Position numbers and translations under genes: made by a program. Source: Macrostomum lignano (taxonomy: Eukaryota). From it: a stretch of 64,000 nt of DNA. This document shows positions 13,901-26,510 of this stretch, piece by piece (position 1 is the stretch's first letter; each line of letters starts with the position of its first letter). The stretch is taken from assembly GCA_002269645.1 (NCBI GenBank), contig NIVC01000591.1, positions 124,001 through 188,000 of the forward strand, written 5' to 3'. Below the pieces are notes generated by a model. The model had not been told where the DNA came from. It ran no database searches and saw only the letters and a list, made by a program, of their open reading frames with translations.

Positions 13901-16900
13901 GATGCATAGGATGTAGGGAGGTGCAGGGAGGGGCAGGGAGATGTAGGGAGGTGCAGGGAGATGTAGGGAGGTGCAGGGAGATGCAGGGGGATGCATAGGA
14001 TGTAGGGAGATGCAGGGGGATGCATAGGATGTAGGGAGATGCAGAGGGACGAATAGGATGTAGGGAGATGCAGGGGGATGCATAGGATGTAGGGAGGTGC
14101 AGGGAGGGGCAGGGAGATGTAGGGAGGGGCAGGGAGATGTAGGGAGGTGCAGGGAGATGCAGGGGGATGCATAGGATGTAGGGAGATGCAGGGGGATGCA
14201 TAGGATGTAGGGAGGTGCAGGGAGATGCAGGGGATGCAGAGGATGTAGGGAGATGCAGGGGGATGCATAGGATGTAGGGAGATGCAGAGGGACGAATAGG
14301 ATGTAGGGAGATGCAGGGGATGCATAGGATGTAGGGAGGTGCAGGGAGGGGCAGGGAGATGTAGGGAGGTGCAGGGAGATGCAGGGGGATGCAGAGGATG
14401 TAGGGAGATGCAGGGGGATGCATAGGATGTAGGGAGATGCAGAGGGACGAATAGGATGTAGGGAGATGCAGGGGATGCATAGGATGTAGGGAGGTGCAGG
14501 GAGGGGCAGGGAGATGTAGGGAGGGGCAGGGAGATGTAGGGAGGTGCAGGGAGATGCAGGGGGATGCATAGGATGTAAGGAGATGCAGGGGGATGCATAG
14601 GATGTAGGGAGGTGCAGGGAGATGCAGGGGGATGCAGAGGATGTAGGGAGATGCAGGGGGATGCATAGGATGTAGGGAGATGCAGAGGGACGAATAGGAT
14701 GTAGGGAGATGCAGGGGGATGCATAGGATGTAGGGAGATGCAGAGGGATGCAGAGGATGTAGGGAGATGCAGGGGGATGCATAGGATGAAGGGAGATGCA
14801 GGGGGATGCATAGGATGTAGGGAGGTGCAGGGAGATGCAGGGGGATGCATAGGATGTAGGGAGATGCAGGGGGATGCATAGGATGTAGGGAGATGCAGAG
14901 GGATGCATAGGATGTAGGGAGATGCAGAGGGACGAATAGGATGTAGGGAGATGCAGGGCGATGCATAGGATGTAGGGAGATGCAGGGGGATGCATAGGAT
15001 GTAGGGAGATGCAGAGGGATGCAGAGGATGTAGGGAGGTGCAGGGGGATGCATAGGATGTAGGGAGATGCAGAGGGATGCAGAGGATGTAGGGAGGTGCA
15101 GGGAGATGCATAGGATGTAGGGAGATGCAGGGTGATGCATAGGATGTAGGGAGGTGCAGGGGGATGCATAGGATGTAGGGAGATGCAGGGGGATGCATAG
15201 GATGTAGGGAGATGCAGAGGGACGAATAGGATGTAGGGAGATGCAGGGGGATGCATAGGATTTAGGGAGGTGCAGGGAGGGGCAGGGAGATGTAGGGAGG
15301 TGCAGGGAGATGCAGGGGGATGCATAGGATGTAGGGAGATGCAGGGTGATGCATAGGATGTAGGGAGGTGCAGGGGGATGCATAGGATGTAGGGAGATGC
15401 AGGGGGATGCATAGGATGTAGGGAGATGCAGAGGGACGAATAGGATGTAGGGAGATGCAGGGGGATGCAAAGGATTTAGGGAGGTGCAGGGAGGCGCAGG
15501 GAGATGTAGGGAGGTGCAGGGAGATGCAGGGGGATGCAGAGGATGTAGGGAGATGCAGGGGGATGCATAGGATGTAGGGAGATGCAGAGGGACGAATAGG
15601 ATGTAGGGAGATGCAGGGGGATGCATAGGATGTAGGGAGGTGCAGGGAGGGGCAGGGAGATGTAGGGAGGGGCAGGGAGATGTAGGGAGGTGCAGGGAGA
15701 TGCAGGGGGATGCATAGGATGTAGGGAGATGCAGGGGGATGCATAGGATGTAGGGAGGTGCAGGGAGATGCAGGGGGATGCATAGGATGTAGGGAGATGC
15801 AGGGGGATGCATAGGATGTAGGGAGATGCAGAGGGATGCATAGGATGTAGGGAGATGCAGAGAGACGAATAGGATGTAGGGAGATGCAGGGGGATGCATA
15901 GGATGTAGGGAGATGCAGGGGGATGCATAGGATGTAGGGAGATGCAGAGGGATGCAGAGGATGTAGGGAGGTGCAGGGGGATGCATAGGATGTAGGGAGA
16001 TGCAGAGGGATGCAGAGGATGTAGGGAGGTGCAGGGAGATGCAGAGGGATGCATAGGATGTAGGGAGATGCAGGGCGATGCATAGGATGTAGGGAGATGC
16101 AGGGGGATGCATAGGATGTAGGGAGATGCAGGGGGATGCAAAGGATGTAGGGAGATGCAGAAGGATGCATAAGATGTAGGGAGATGCAGGGGGATGCATA
16201 GGATGTAGGGAGGTGCAGGGAGATGCAGAGGGATGCATAGGATGTAGGGAGATGCAGGGGGATGCATAGGATGTAGGGAGATGCAGGGTGATGCATAGGA
16301 TGTAGGGAGATGCAGGGGGATGCATAGGATGTAGGGAGGTGCAGGGAGAGGCAGGGGGATGCATAGGATGTAGGGAGATGCAGGGGGATGCATAGGATGT
16401 AGGGAGATGCAGGGCGATGCATAGGATGTAGGGAGATGCAGGGGGATGCATAGGATGTAGGGAGATGCAGGGGGATGCATAGGATGTAGGGAGAGGCAGG
16501 GGGATGCATAGGATGTAGGGAGATGCAGAGGGACGAATAGGATGTAGGGAGATGCAGGGGGATGCATAGGATGTAGGGAGGTGCAGGGAGGGGCAGGGAG
16601 ATGTAGGGAGGGGCAGGGAGATGTAGGGAGGTGCAGGGAGATGCAGGGGGATGCATAGGATGTAGGGAGATGCAGGGGGATGCATAGGATGTAGGGAGGT
16701 GCAGGGAGATGCAGGGGATGCAGAGGATGTAGGGAGATGCAGGGGATGCATAGGATGTAGGGAGATGCAGAGGGACGAATAGGATGTAGGGAGATGCAGG
16801 GGGATGCATAGGATGTAGGGAGATGCAGAGGGACGAATAGGATGTAGGGAGGTGCAGGGGGATGCATAGGATGTAGGGAGGTGCAGGGAGGGGCAGGGAG

Positions 16901-17090
16901 ATGTAGGGAGGTGCAGGGAGATGCAGGGGGATGCAGAGGATGTAGGGAGATGCAGGGGGATGCATAGGATGTAGGGAGATGCAGAGGGACGAATAAGATG
17001 TAGGGAGATGCAGGGGGATGCATAGGATGTAGGGAGGTGCAGGGAGGGGCAGGGAGATGTAGGGAGGTGCAGGGAGATGCAGGGAGGTGC
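4915..17090. repeat. 12.2-kb G-rich satellite; 29-bp base unit GCAGGGGGAT-GCATAGGAT-GTAGGGAGAT with 10-bp variants and higher-order repeats
   Basis: Continuous tandem array. The C-rich strand has almost no stop codons, which explains the 400-2448 aa minus-strand ORFs. Confidence 0.97.
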
Positions 17091-17520
17091 AGTAAAATGC
17101 AGTTCTCTTTAGGCGATCAAATTAAATTTTGGTCATTACGAGCTGATTTGCGCGGTAAGGAAACGATTGAAATTCATTCAAGCACTTTATATTTGATCAG
17201 AAATAGAATCTTTTATTAATAATGTGACATGACACACAGAACAGCGTAGGTGCAGATACAGCTAATACTCGTTTTACCATAATACAACAAAGCAAATAGA
17301 AATATTATTAAACAGCTGGATATTAGGAGCAGAAAGGCGTTGACTTGACAGCAATGTATATTATTAAATAAAACCTCAACAAAATACTACGGTAAGAAAA
17401 TCGCCGAAGCGGGTATGAAAGCATATTTACAGAATCATTGAAGATCAGTCAATCGCAGCTGATATCAAAACACTACTGTTGTGAGTAGCAATCGAAGCGC
17501 ATAGGGCATTTAGCGATTTT

Positions 17521-18307
<787 letters not shown>

Positions 18308-18869
18308 TTCCAGAGTGAAAAATTGGTAAATCAAGCACACGGCAGGTGAAGAGTTGAGAGTCTTTATCAGAAGCCCGGACCGGCGGACTCCGTGCTCAGC
18401 AACAATGAAGAACCAACATTTCTGGTGAGCCACAGTTTTATGGTGTCTCCCAGGTCGCCAACCCAGCCGCCTCAGGCTGAGTGGGGCAGCTTCGCTCCTA
18501 TTGGCTGGCAGCTCAGAGCCAATGAGAGTCCCCAGCCGCAGCGGGAGGCCGGCCATAGACAGTTGAGCTGCGGAGAGCCGCAAATCCCCCAGCTGCAGTG
18601 ACGCTCGGGTTTTCAGCCTGGGAAAACTGCGGCACAGCGGGGGGCGGCAGCGGCACGAGGCGGGCGCGGCTGCGGCGGCTGCGAGCGCCGCGGGGGTCGG
18701 CGCGACGGCCGGGTGACCCCCCCCCCGGACCCCCGCTGAATGGTGCCAACTCTGTACCGGATGAAATAGTAGTTGGGGTCTGAGGGAATTAGCAGCAACT
18801 GCTGCTTGCAGAAGGGAATTAACAGGAGGGAAAGGTACAGAGAGTCGATCTCTTTCACTGTCCCTTAGT

Positions 18870-18951
18870 GTCACTGACTGTCTCTCAATTTCCTCTCACT
18901 GTCCCTCTATCTCCCTCTCACAGTCTCCCTCTCACTGTCTCTATCTCCCTC

Positions 18952-19012
<61 letters not shown>

Positions 19013-19060
19013 TTCACTGTCTCTATCTCCCTCTCTTCCGTCCTCCCCGCCCTCTCTTCG
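18870..19060. repeat. (CT)n / pyrimidine-rich low-complexity tract
   Basis: Directly visible, immediately outside the right inverted-repeat arm. Confidence 0.85.
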
Positions 19061-20479
19061 GCCTGGGGAGAAGCCTTGGGTGACTTGCATTTACTTTCAT
19101 GTCAGCTACAGAGTTTTAACTCGAGTTTAGTCACTAACCGCTAATTAGCGCTGCATGTAGGATGTCTACAGCTTGGAAACAAGGATTAAAATGTGTTGTT
19201 TAATTTCTAAACCGGCCGAATTCCGTACCACAACGGAAGTTTTGTTTATTTATCTCAACATCCTTTCGAAGACAGCCACCATTTAATTGTTGGAGATTCG
19301 AATTGAAATTGTGATTTATGATGCGATAATTGGGTGACAATATTTTCTGAAAAGTCTATGCTCGTTCTAATGTTGTATTGGGGGGGGGCAAATTCAAAGC
19401 ATGGATACTGCGTTTGTGGTGTTGCGTCACTTTGAAGAATAGACCCAGTGCGGCCTACTAAGCCGCAAATAGCAGCAATATGCTTTCAACAAAACACTCT
19501 TTGAGATTGATGAGATTAATCGAGATCCGGAGAGGTGAGAAGAGAGAGCGGGAGAGAATAGCCGCAGATATGAGTATATGCATCAAAGGAAGTTCAATCA
19601 ATCCCAACCAGGATTCACATCAAGTGATCACAGGTTTTTAATTCACCCAAAGCAATATTTTTTAATACTCAAAGCCCCTGGACCCCCCTCCAAGAAGATA
19701 TACAACGGAACAAAAACATTGGTCGCATAACACAACAGGGCATAAAGTATCAAGTTACAGCGCGAGTGCTTATCGTAACAGTCGGAATTGTGCAGTCAAA
19801 TTGCAATCTGCAGTGCGGCAAGTCATACGAGCCATATATCACTTGACGAATGAAGACACAAACCATAAAATATATATTGACAGTAGCTGCATGCCTAACT
19901 TTAACTGCACTCGCTGGCTCCTTTGAGCTCCACCAAGGAGAAGCAGAAATTATAACTTGATACAATTACTCTCTCAGTTCCATGTATCTGCTGCTGGTGG
20001 TCTGGTCTGGTTCGCCCAGAGCCTGTGGCCTGAATTCTCTCTTTCATCAGGATCAACCCAGCCATGCGCTACAAGTATCAAATTGCCAAACCATAATCTG
20101 GTTCAGTGGCAGGACGGAACAAACACATCCACGCAAAATCGTCTTCAATGCTTGCAGACTCCTGTAGGCACAGACAAATGTAGCTCAGTGGGGAATCCCA
20201 GAGTCATTGAAGGAAAGAAGTGACTCTCTAGAAGACTAAAATAATCGCATTTCAAATTTTTAGCAACTCTTTTTAGTCTACTTGAGTTAGTATAGAAGAA
20301 ATTTTAGCGCTAATACAACAACTTTGGACCATTTTAAAACACGTGAAGCACTTGTGACTCAACAGTTGCCACTCCATCATCGCATTGCAGTCGTTTGAGT
20401 CGTTAAAAAGTCACAACTGAGTTGCCCCCGAGAGTCTCTAGAGTCAGTAGTAAGTTGTTTTCTTCAAAATGCTATATGA

Positions 20480-20697
20480 TGAGGGAGATGTAGGGAGATA
20501 CTGAGGGGAGATGTAGGGGGATACTGAGGGGGATATGCAGGGAGATACTGAGGAAATGTAGGGAGATGCTATGAGATGTGAGGAGATGCTGTGAGGAGAT
20601 GTAGGGAGATACTGAGGGGAGACGTAGGGGGATACTGATGGGAGATGTAGGGGGATACTGAGATGTAGGGAGATGCTGTGAGATGTAGGGAGATACC
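20480..20697. repeat. Minisatellite (GTAGGGAGATACTGAGGGGAGAT-like)
   Basis: Tandem degenerate units; inverted relative to 21295-21782. Confidence 0.85.
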
Positions 20698-21294
20698 CAG
20701 CCTAAATATGAAGAGTTCAGTCAGGTATTGAAGCCAGCCAGAGGTTGTCTATAACTAGGCTTAACTAGACTGGGGGTTGGCCAACAAGAACCTCAGTTTC
20801 TGCTGGTGGGCCTGTTTCGCACAGGGCACACACGAACAGGAATCTTACAATACAAACCAAAAATGCAAACAATATGAATCAGTAGATGCGTTTTTCCGGT
20901 TGAAAAATTGATACACCCACGACTGTAACTGATATCAGTATCAATTGATAAACACAATTAAGGCAACTGCAGTTTTGTTGCATTTTGTAAGAAAGCAGAG
21001 TTACCAGGCCAAAAGAATAACTTGTATATTCGAATATATTTAATAACAAATATAAAACATGCAAATTAACAATTATTTATATGCAAACAAGAGATCAGTT
21101 ATTTGGAATGCTGCCAAAAAGGTGCAGAAAGTGTGTAACATTGTTCACGTTTACATAGACAGTTTCACTTAATCTTAGGAGTCATAAATTTCAGGATGCA
21201 TCAAAAAGCGCTACACGGGCACGCAATCTAAAATATAACATTGTGACAAGCCTCTAAAAGCCATTTTATTTCTTTAAGATTATACCTCCACACC

Positions 21295-21782
21295 CTGTAT
21301 CTCCTCACATTACCTCCCTACATCTTACAGTTATCTACCTACATCTCTCACAGTATCTCCCAACATCTCCTCACAGTATCTCCCAACATCTCTTCTCAGT
21401 ATCTCCCAACATCTCCTCACAGTATCTCCCAACATCTCCTCACAGTATCTCCCAACATCTCCTCACAGTATCTCCCAACATCTCCTCACAGTATCTCCCA
21501 ACATCTCCTCACAGTATCTCCCTACATCTCCTCACAGTATCTCCCTACATCTCCTCACATTACCTCCCTATATCTCACTCAGTATCTCCCTACATCTCCC
21601 CCAGTATCTCCCTACATCTCCCCTCAGTATCTCTCTACATCTCTTCTCAGTATCTCCCTACATCTCCCCTCAGTATCTCCCTACATCTCCGCTCAGTATC
21701 TCCCTACCTTTCATCACAGGATCTCCCTACATCTCCGCTCAGTATCTCCTTACATCTCCCCTCAGTATCTCCCTACATCTCG
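21295..21782. repeat. Minisatellite (ATCTCCTCACAGTATCTCCCAAC / ATCTCCCCTCAGTATCTCCCTAC), just 3' of the PGAP4-like stop
   Basis: Tandem ~23-bp units. Confidence 0.9.
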
Positions 21783-21803
21783 CTACATAAAAGCACACGA
21801 ATT

Positions 21804-23411
21804 TCAACTGGCCAAGTCGAACAGCTGAGGTGCAACACTAACAAGAGCGGCTTCACCAACACGATTCAACAAAGCCATCACCATGGCAACAGCATCGTTG
21901 CTAAGCAAATCAATACCAATCAAAGCCGATCGACTCACTAAAATTGGGGCAGTAAACAAATGAAACAATTTAATGCTACTCTTCAAATTAGTTAATCCGT
22001 TAATCCAATAATTGGGATTATCATCAAATCCGACATGGCCCCTCTGCAAGCTACTGAGCAGTCTGTGCCAGTTTGGCCTACCAACAGCCAGCACTGTGAG
22101 CACAGCTTGAGCAGCAAGGAAAGCGGCCAGCCCAGCATTCGACATGGGCATATGTGGCCGATAAAATTTCCGATAATAAACCAGATAAGGTAGCACAGCT
22201 AGGCAGACAGCTAAACCAATCAGTTCAAGGATGCTGGAGGGATCTGGTGGGAAATACCTGATGCCAGGAGTGAAGCTGTCAGCTGTCTGAAGAATTGCTA
22301 CAGCTGGAGACCTGTTTGATTTCTGTGCAGTCTGGTAGTCTATTAGAGTTCGAAGTTTTTTAACCGAATCCAGTTTGGCCAGGTAGTTGCCGGGCAAAAC
22401 TGCCAACCAGCTGGCGTGGGGGTCAGCTGAGGTCATGGCTGACAGGCACCACAACTGCGACTGGACTCTTGCGCTGGTGCTGCTGCGGTTGCTGCAATAG
22501 AAGTGAAAGCAATATTGGTGATGCGATGCGACTGAATGTGATGAGATGAAGGGATGGTTTACTCTCTCTAATCTCACCTAGTCTCTAGTCTCACCCAGAA
22601 TGTATCTCACTGTTTCTTTAATCTCACCCAGTCTCTAATCTCACTCAGAATGTATCTCATTTTTTCTCTAATCTCAACCTGTTTCTAAACTCACCAGTCT
22701 CTAATCTCACAGTCTCTAATCTCACAAAACCTGTCTCTAATCTTACAGTCTCTAATCTAATCTCATCCTGTCTCTGATCTCACCTAGTCTCTAATCTCAT
22801 CCTGTCTCTAATCTAACCCACTCTCTAATTTTACCTAGTCTCTAATCTCACCCAGTCTCATACCGATATTAAGAATTAAGAGCGAACCTTTTCGAATCAC
22901 CCTGCAGCCGTTTCCTTGGCCCCAGCACAGGCAGCGCGGTGCCCCAGGCGGCAAGGTCGGAGCCCACCACTCCGTCATCGCTGCAGATGAACACCCGCAG
23001 GCTGCCAAATCCGCTACTCTGCTTGGCCTCGAAATTGGCTGACAAGAGCAGAGCGTGAGCAGACCGAGCCAAGCAGCCAGCATCATCAGCTGATGACGTC
23101 AGCAAACCAATGGAGAGATTCTGACCATGATTAGTTTTTCTATTGCTGCTAGACTTGCCAGACAGATAAGACCAGCTGGAACCCGACAGCCGATTAATAA
23201 AATTCCTGGCCTCTAGAGATGCGGCATCAGTATGCCTCTTTGACAATCTTCTATCGCCAATATAATAAGCAGAGCCGGGCATATGACTGCACAGCAATGG
23301 CAGCACAATGCAGAACTGCAGCAGCAGTTGCAGAGTCATAATCCTTGTTGGCAAGCCCATGGTGAAGGTGCGCCACAGCATCTTGTAGGAGAACATCGGC
23401 ATAAACAGCAT
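21804..23411 (-). CDS. PGAP4: PGAP4/TMEM246-like membrane glycosyltransferase-fold protein; exons about 22888-23411 and 21804-22491
   Basis: Colinear similarity to recalled human TMEM246: LLLQFCIVLPLLCSHMPGSAYYIG ~ TFGLLAPLACHRLLHSYFYL; RVFICS ~ QLFLCN; YFPPDPSSILELIGLAV ~ YINPEPMRILEWVGVGM; VLAVGRPNW ~ VELVGRHYF; LLNRVGEAALVSVAPQL ~ LLRAKGERAYVVEPNL. A phase-2 GT-AG intron at 22492-22887 restores the frame. Confidence 0.7.
22575..22860. repeat. Degenerate (AGTCTCTAATCTCAC) minisatellite in the PGAP4-like intron
   Basis: Directly visible. Confidence 0.85.
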
Positions 23412-23458
23412 CGCTCTGCATGCATTACAGATTGACACAAATACTACTGAAATCAGTA

Positions 23459-24402
23459 CTCTTGAAAGGGGAATTGGGAAGACTCTTGAAGGGGAATTAA
23501 GAAGAATCTTGAAGGGGATTTGGGAAGACTCTTCAAGGGGAATTGGGAAGACTCCTAAGAGTAATTTGGGAGACTCTTGAAAGGGGAATAGGGAAGACTC
23601 TTCAAGGGGAATTGGGAAGACTCCTGAGAGGAATTTGGGAGACTCTTAAAGGGGAATTGGGAAGACTCTTGAAAGGGGAATTGGGAAGACTCTTCAAGGG
23701 GAATTGGGAAGACTCTTGAAAGGGGAATTGGGAAGACTCTTCAAGGGGAATTGGGAAGACTCTTCAAGGGGAATTGGGAAGACTCTTGAAAGGGGAATTG
23801 GGAAGACTCTTGAAGGGGAATTGGGAAGTTTCTTGAAGGGGGAATTGGGAAAAATCTTGAAGGGGAATTGGGAAGACTCTTGAAGGGGAATTGGGAAGAC
23901 TCTTGAAGGGGAATTGGGAAGACTCTTGAAAGGGGAATTGGGAAGACTCTTCAAGGGGAATTGGGAAGACTCTTCAAGGGGAATTGGGAAGACTCTTCAA
24001 GGGGAATTGGGAAGACTCTTGAAGGGGAATTGGGAAGTTTCTTGAAGGGGGAATTGGGAAAAATCTTGAAGGGGAATTGGGAAGACTCTTGAAGGGGAAT
24101 TGGGAAGACTCTTGACGGGGAATTGGGAAGACTCTTGAAGGGAATGGGAAGACTCTTGAGGGGGAATTGGGAAGACTCTTGAAGGGGAATTGGGAAGACT
24201 CTTGAAGGGGAATTGGGAAGACTCTTGAAGGGGAATTGGGAAGACTCTTGAAGGGAATGGGAAGACTCTTGAGGGGGAATTGGGAAGACTCTTGAAGGGC
24301 AATTGGGAAGACTCTTGAGGGGGAATTGGGAAGACTCTTGAAGGGGAATTGGGAAGACTCTTGAAGGGGGATTGGGAAGACTCTCGAAGGGTAATTGGGA
24401 AG
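23459..24402. repeat. 23-bp minisatellite (GGGGAATTGGGAAGACTCTTGAA)
   Basis: About 40 tandem copies directly upstream of the PGAP4-like start. Confidence 0.95.
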
Positions 24403-24819
24403 AACACATACAGGCGCGGCAATACTGTACACAGTAACGCACTCATACAGACGCTCACACAGGGTGCACAGCGCGCGCGGCCCTTTGACCTTCTAATCGT
24501 CAGACATGTACAGTACAATACAAGTCAGTAGTACTTAGCGTTTATGTATTGTAATTTTAAAAAGGAAAAATAAGACAACACAAAAACAATAACTAGACTG
24601 AGTAGTAAAATGAAAACACGTGAACTTTTATTTAACGACTCAAACAGACACTTTGGTATTTGGTGTGTTCACCTTTTCAGGCGCAAACATGAGATGTTAG
24701 TTAATAGCTAAATTTTATGGTATTAGGGTTCTTAAACAAATGGTTAGCTAATTTTATCTATGCCATTTCAAACTAACAAGCTGAACACTACAAATAGCAT
24801 TGTAACTTTTCTTAGAAAG

Positions 24820-25070
24820 CCTAGTGCTTAGAGCGTCGGGGGTTCGATTCCCGATCCCATTAGGAACAATTTGTGTCCTTGAGCCAGATACTTATAACTG
24901 TGCATTGCTTCAGTTCACCCAGCTGTAAAATGGGTGCCAGCATTAGCTGGGGTAATTGAGGCTGTGTGTGGCGACCCCCCTCCAGTCCTTGGACTGAACA
25001 GCCGTACGCAGCCTTCAGATGTCGGTTGCACATCTTCCCATTGGGGCAGGTGTATCAAATTATTATTAGT
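24820..25070 (+). mobile_element. tRNA-derived CORE-type SINE
   Basis: A-box-like TAGTGCTTAGAGC, B-box GGTTCGATTCC (24841-24851), CORE-like GTGTCCTTGAGCCAGATACTT...CTTCAGTTCACCCAGCTGTAAAATGGG (compare the MIR core ...CTCAGTTTCCTCATCTGTAAAATGGG), and a short (TTA)n tail. Confidence 0.75.
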
Positions 25071-25188
25071 AACTAAATGAGGATCTTGCATTTAAAGATT
25101 TAGATTTAAGAAAAACTAAAAATATTCATATCTCACTACTCATTACTTGCATAACATATAGTAGTACTAATTCAGACAGACGCAATGT

Positions 25189-25683
25189 TTATTTAACATC
25201 ATCAAAGCTAGGCGCAGACCCAGACTCAATATCCTGGATGAATGATTTATAATAAGCCTCGTATCTCTTGGCGCAGCGCATGACGTCATTGTGCGTGTCC
25301 TCGAATGCCCTCCTAGCATTGGGGTCGTCAAACGCTGAGTCATCTTTCAACAAGCCGTCAATCTGGGCCATAAACTTTCGGAAGTAGAGGCCGCACGGTC
25401 CCGTGACGTACTTGGCCACGCAACCGCAGTGCCAGTTGTAGCTGCCGTCCGGCCGCTTGAACCCCGGCAGGCTGTACTTCGTGTCGATGTCAAAGTAGTT
25501 GGTCATCGACATGGTGGGATAGGCGTCCCGGCGGGACAAGAAGGTGGCCGCGTGAGCGGGACGGTTGGGTCCGCCAGGGATCTGCTTGGACCACGACGGC
25601 CTCTGATCCTCACTAGGCAGCACCGGCGGCTGCTGCTCTGCGACTGGTTCCGCTTTTGTTGCAGTTGCAGGAGATGAAGACAT
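25189..25683 (-). CDS. CHCHD4: MIA40/CHCHD4-like mitochondrial intermembrane-space oxidoreductase, atypical, 164 aa, single coding exon
   Basis: GFKRPDGSYNWHCGCVAKYVTGPCG aligns with MIA40 [25 protein letters not shown]; C-terminal VMRCAKRYEAYY ~ MQECMQKYPDLY. Confidence 0.8.
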   Translation of the reverse strand: MSSSPATATKAEPVAEQQPPVLPSEDQRPSWSKQIPGGPNRPAHAATFLSRRDAYPTMSMTNYFDIDTKYSLPGFKRPDGSYNWHCGCVAKYVTGPCGLYFRKFMAQIDGLLKDDSAFDDPNARRAFEDTHNDVMRCAKRYEAYYKSFIQDIESGSAPSFDDVK

Positions 25684-25704
25684 TTGCTGCAGTCATGAAG
25701 GATC

Positions 25705-26245
25705 GAATTGGGGAGATTCTTGATGGGGATTGGGGAGATTCTTGGAGGAAATTAAGAAGATTCTTGAATGGAATCGGGAAGATTCTTGAAGGGGAGTTGG
25801 GGAGATTCTTGAATGGGAGTTGGGGAGATTCTTGAAGAGAAATTGGGGAGATTCTTGATGGGGATTGGGGAGATTACTGAAGGGAAATTGGGGTGATTCT
25901 TAAAGGGGAATTGGGGAGATTCTTGAAGAGAAATTGGGGATGGGGAGATTCTTTAAGAGAAGTTGGGGAGCTTCTTGAAGAGAAATTGGGGAGATTCTTA
26001 AAAGGGAATTGGGAAGATTCTTAAATGGGAATTGGGAAGATTCTTAAATGGGAATTGGGAAGATTCTTAAATGGGAATTGGGAAGATTCGTAAAGGGGAG
26101 TTAGGGAGATGCTTGAATGGGAATTGGGGAGATTCTTAAAGGGGAGTTGGGGAGATTCCTAAAGAGGAATTAGGGAGATTCTTGAAGGGGATTCGGGGAG
26201 ATTCTTGAAAGGGATTTGGGGAGATTCTTAAAGGGGAATTTTGGA
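25705..26245. repeat. Degenerate ~23-bp minisatellite (GGGAATTGGGGAGATTCTTGAAG), related to 23459-24402
   Basis: Directly visible, upstream of the MIA40-like start. Confidence 0.9.
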
Positions 26246-26510
26246 AATACAAAGATATTAGGAAAAAATAAAATAATTTGATATAACAACAGGAACTGGA
26301 AACATATAAAGGCCTAAAAAAGCATTTTGAACATCTGCAGATCCTTTATTTTATCATTTTTATTTTTGAAAATTTAACTAAAAAGTTTTTAATCTTGTGT
26401 TTTGTTAAAATGCTGAATATTTCATGTATTAATGACATTAAAACGGCAACAACAGTTCCATGCTTAGGAAGTGGCTCGAGCCGATAAATAGGTAGGATTT
26501 GAGAAGCTGG

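Noticed and set aside
3653-17219. Giant ORFs (up to 2448 aa) rich in P/L/S/H/C
   Set aside because: They are translations of the stop-poor C-rich strand of a 29-bp satellite, open in all three frames with no domain content.
19750-20223. Short ORFs in the intergenic region
   Set aside because: No recognisable motifs, codon signal or coherent splice model.
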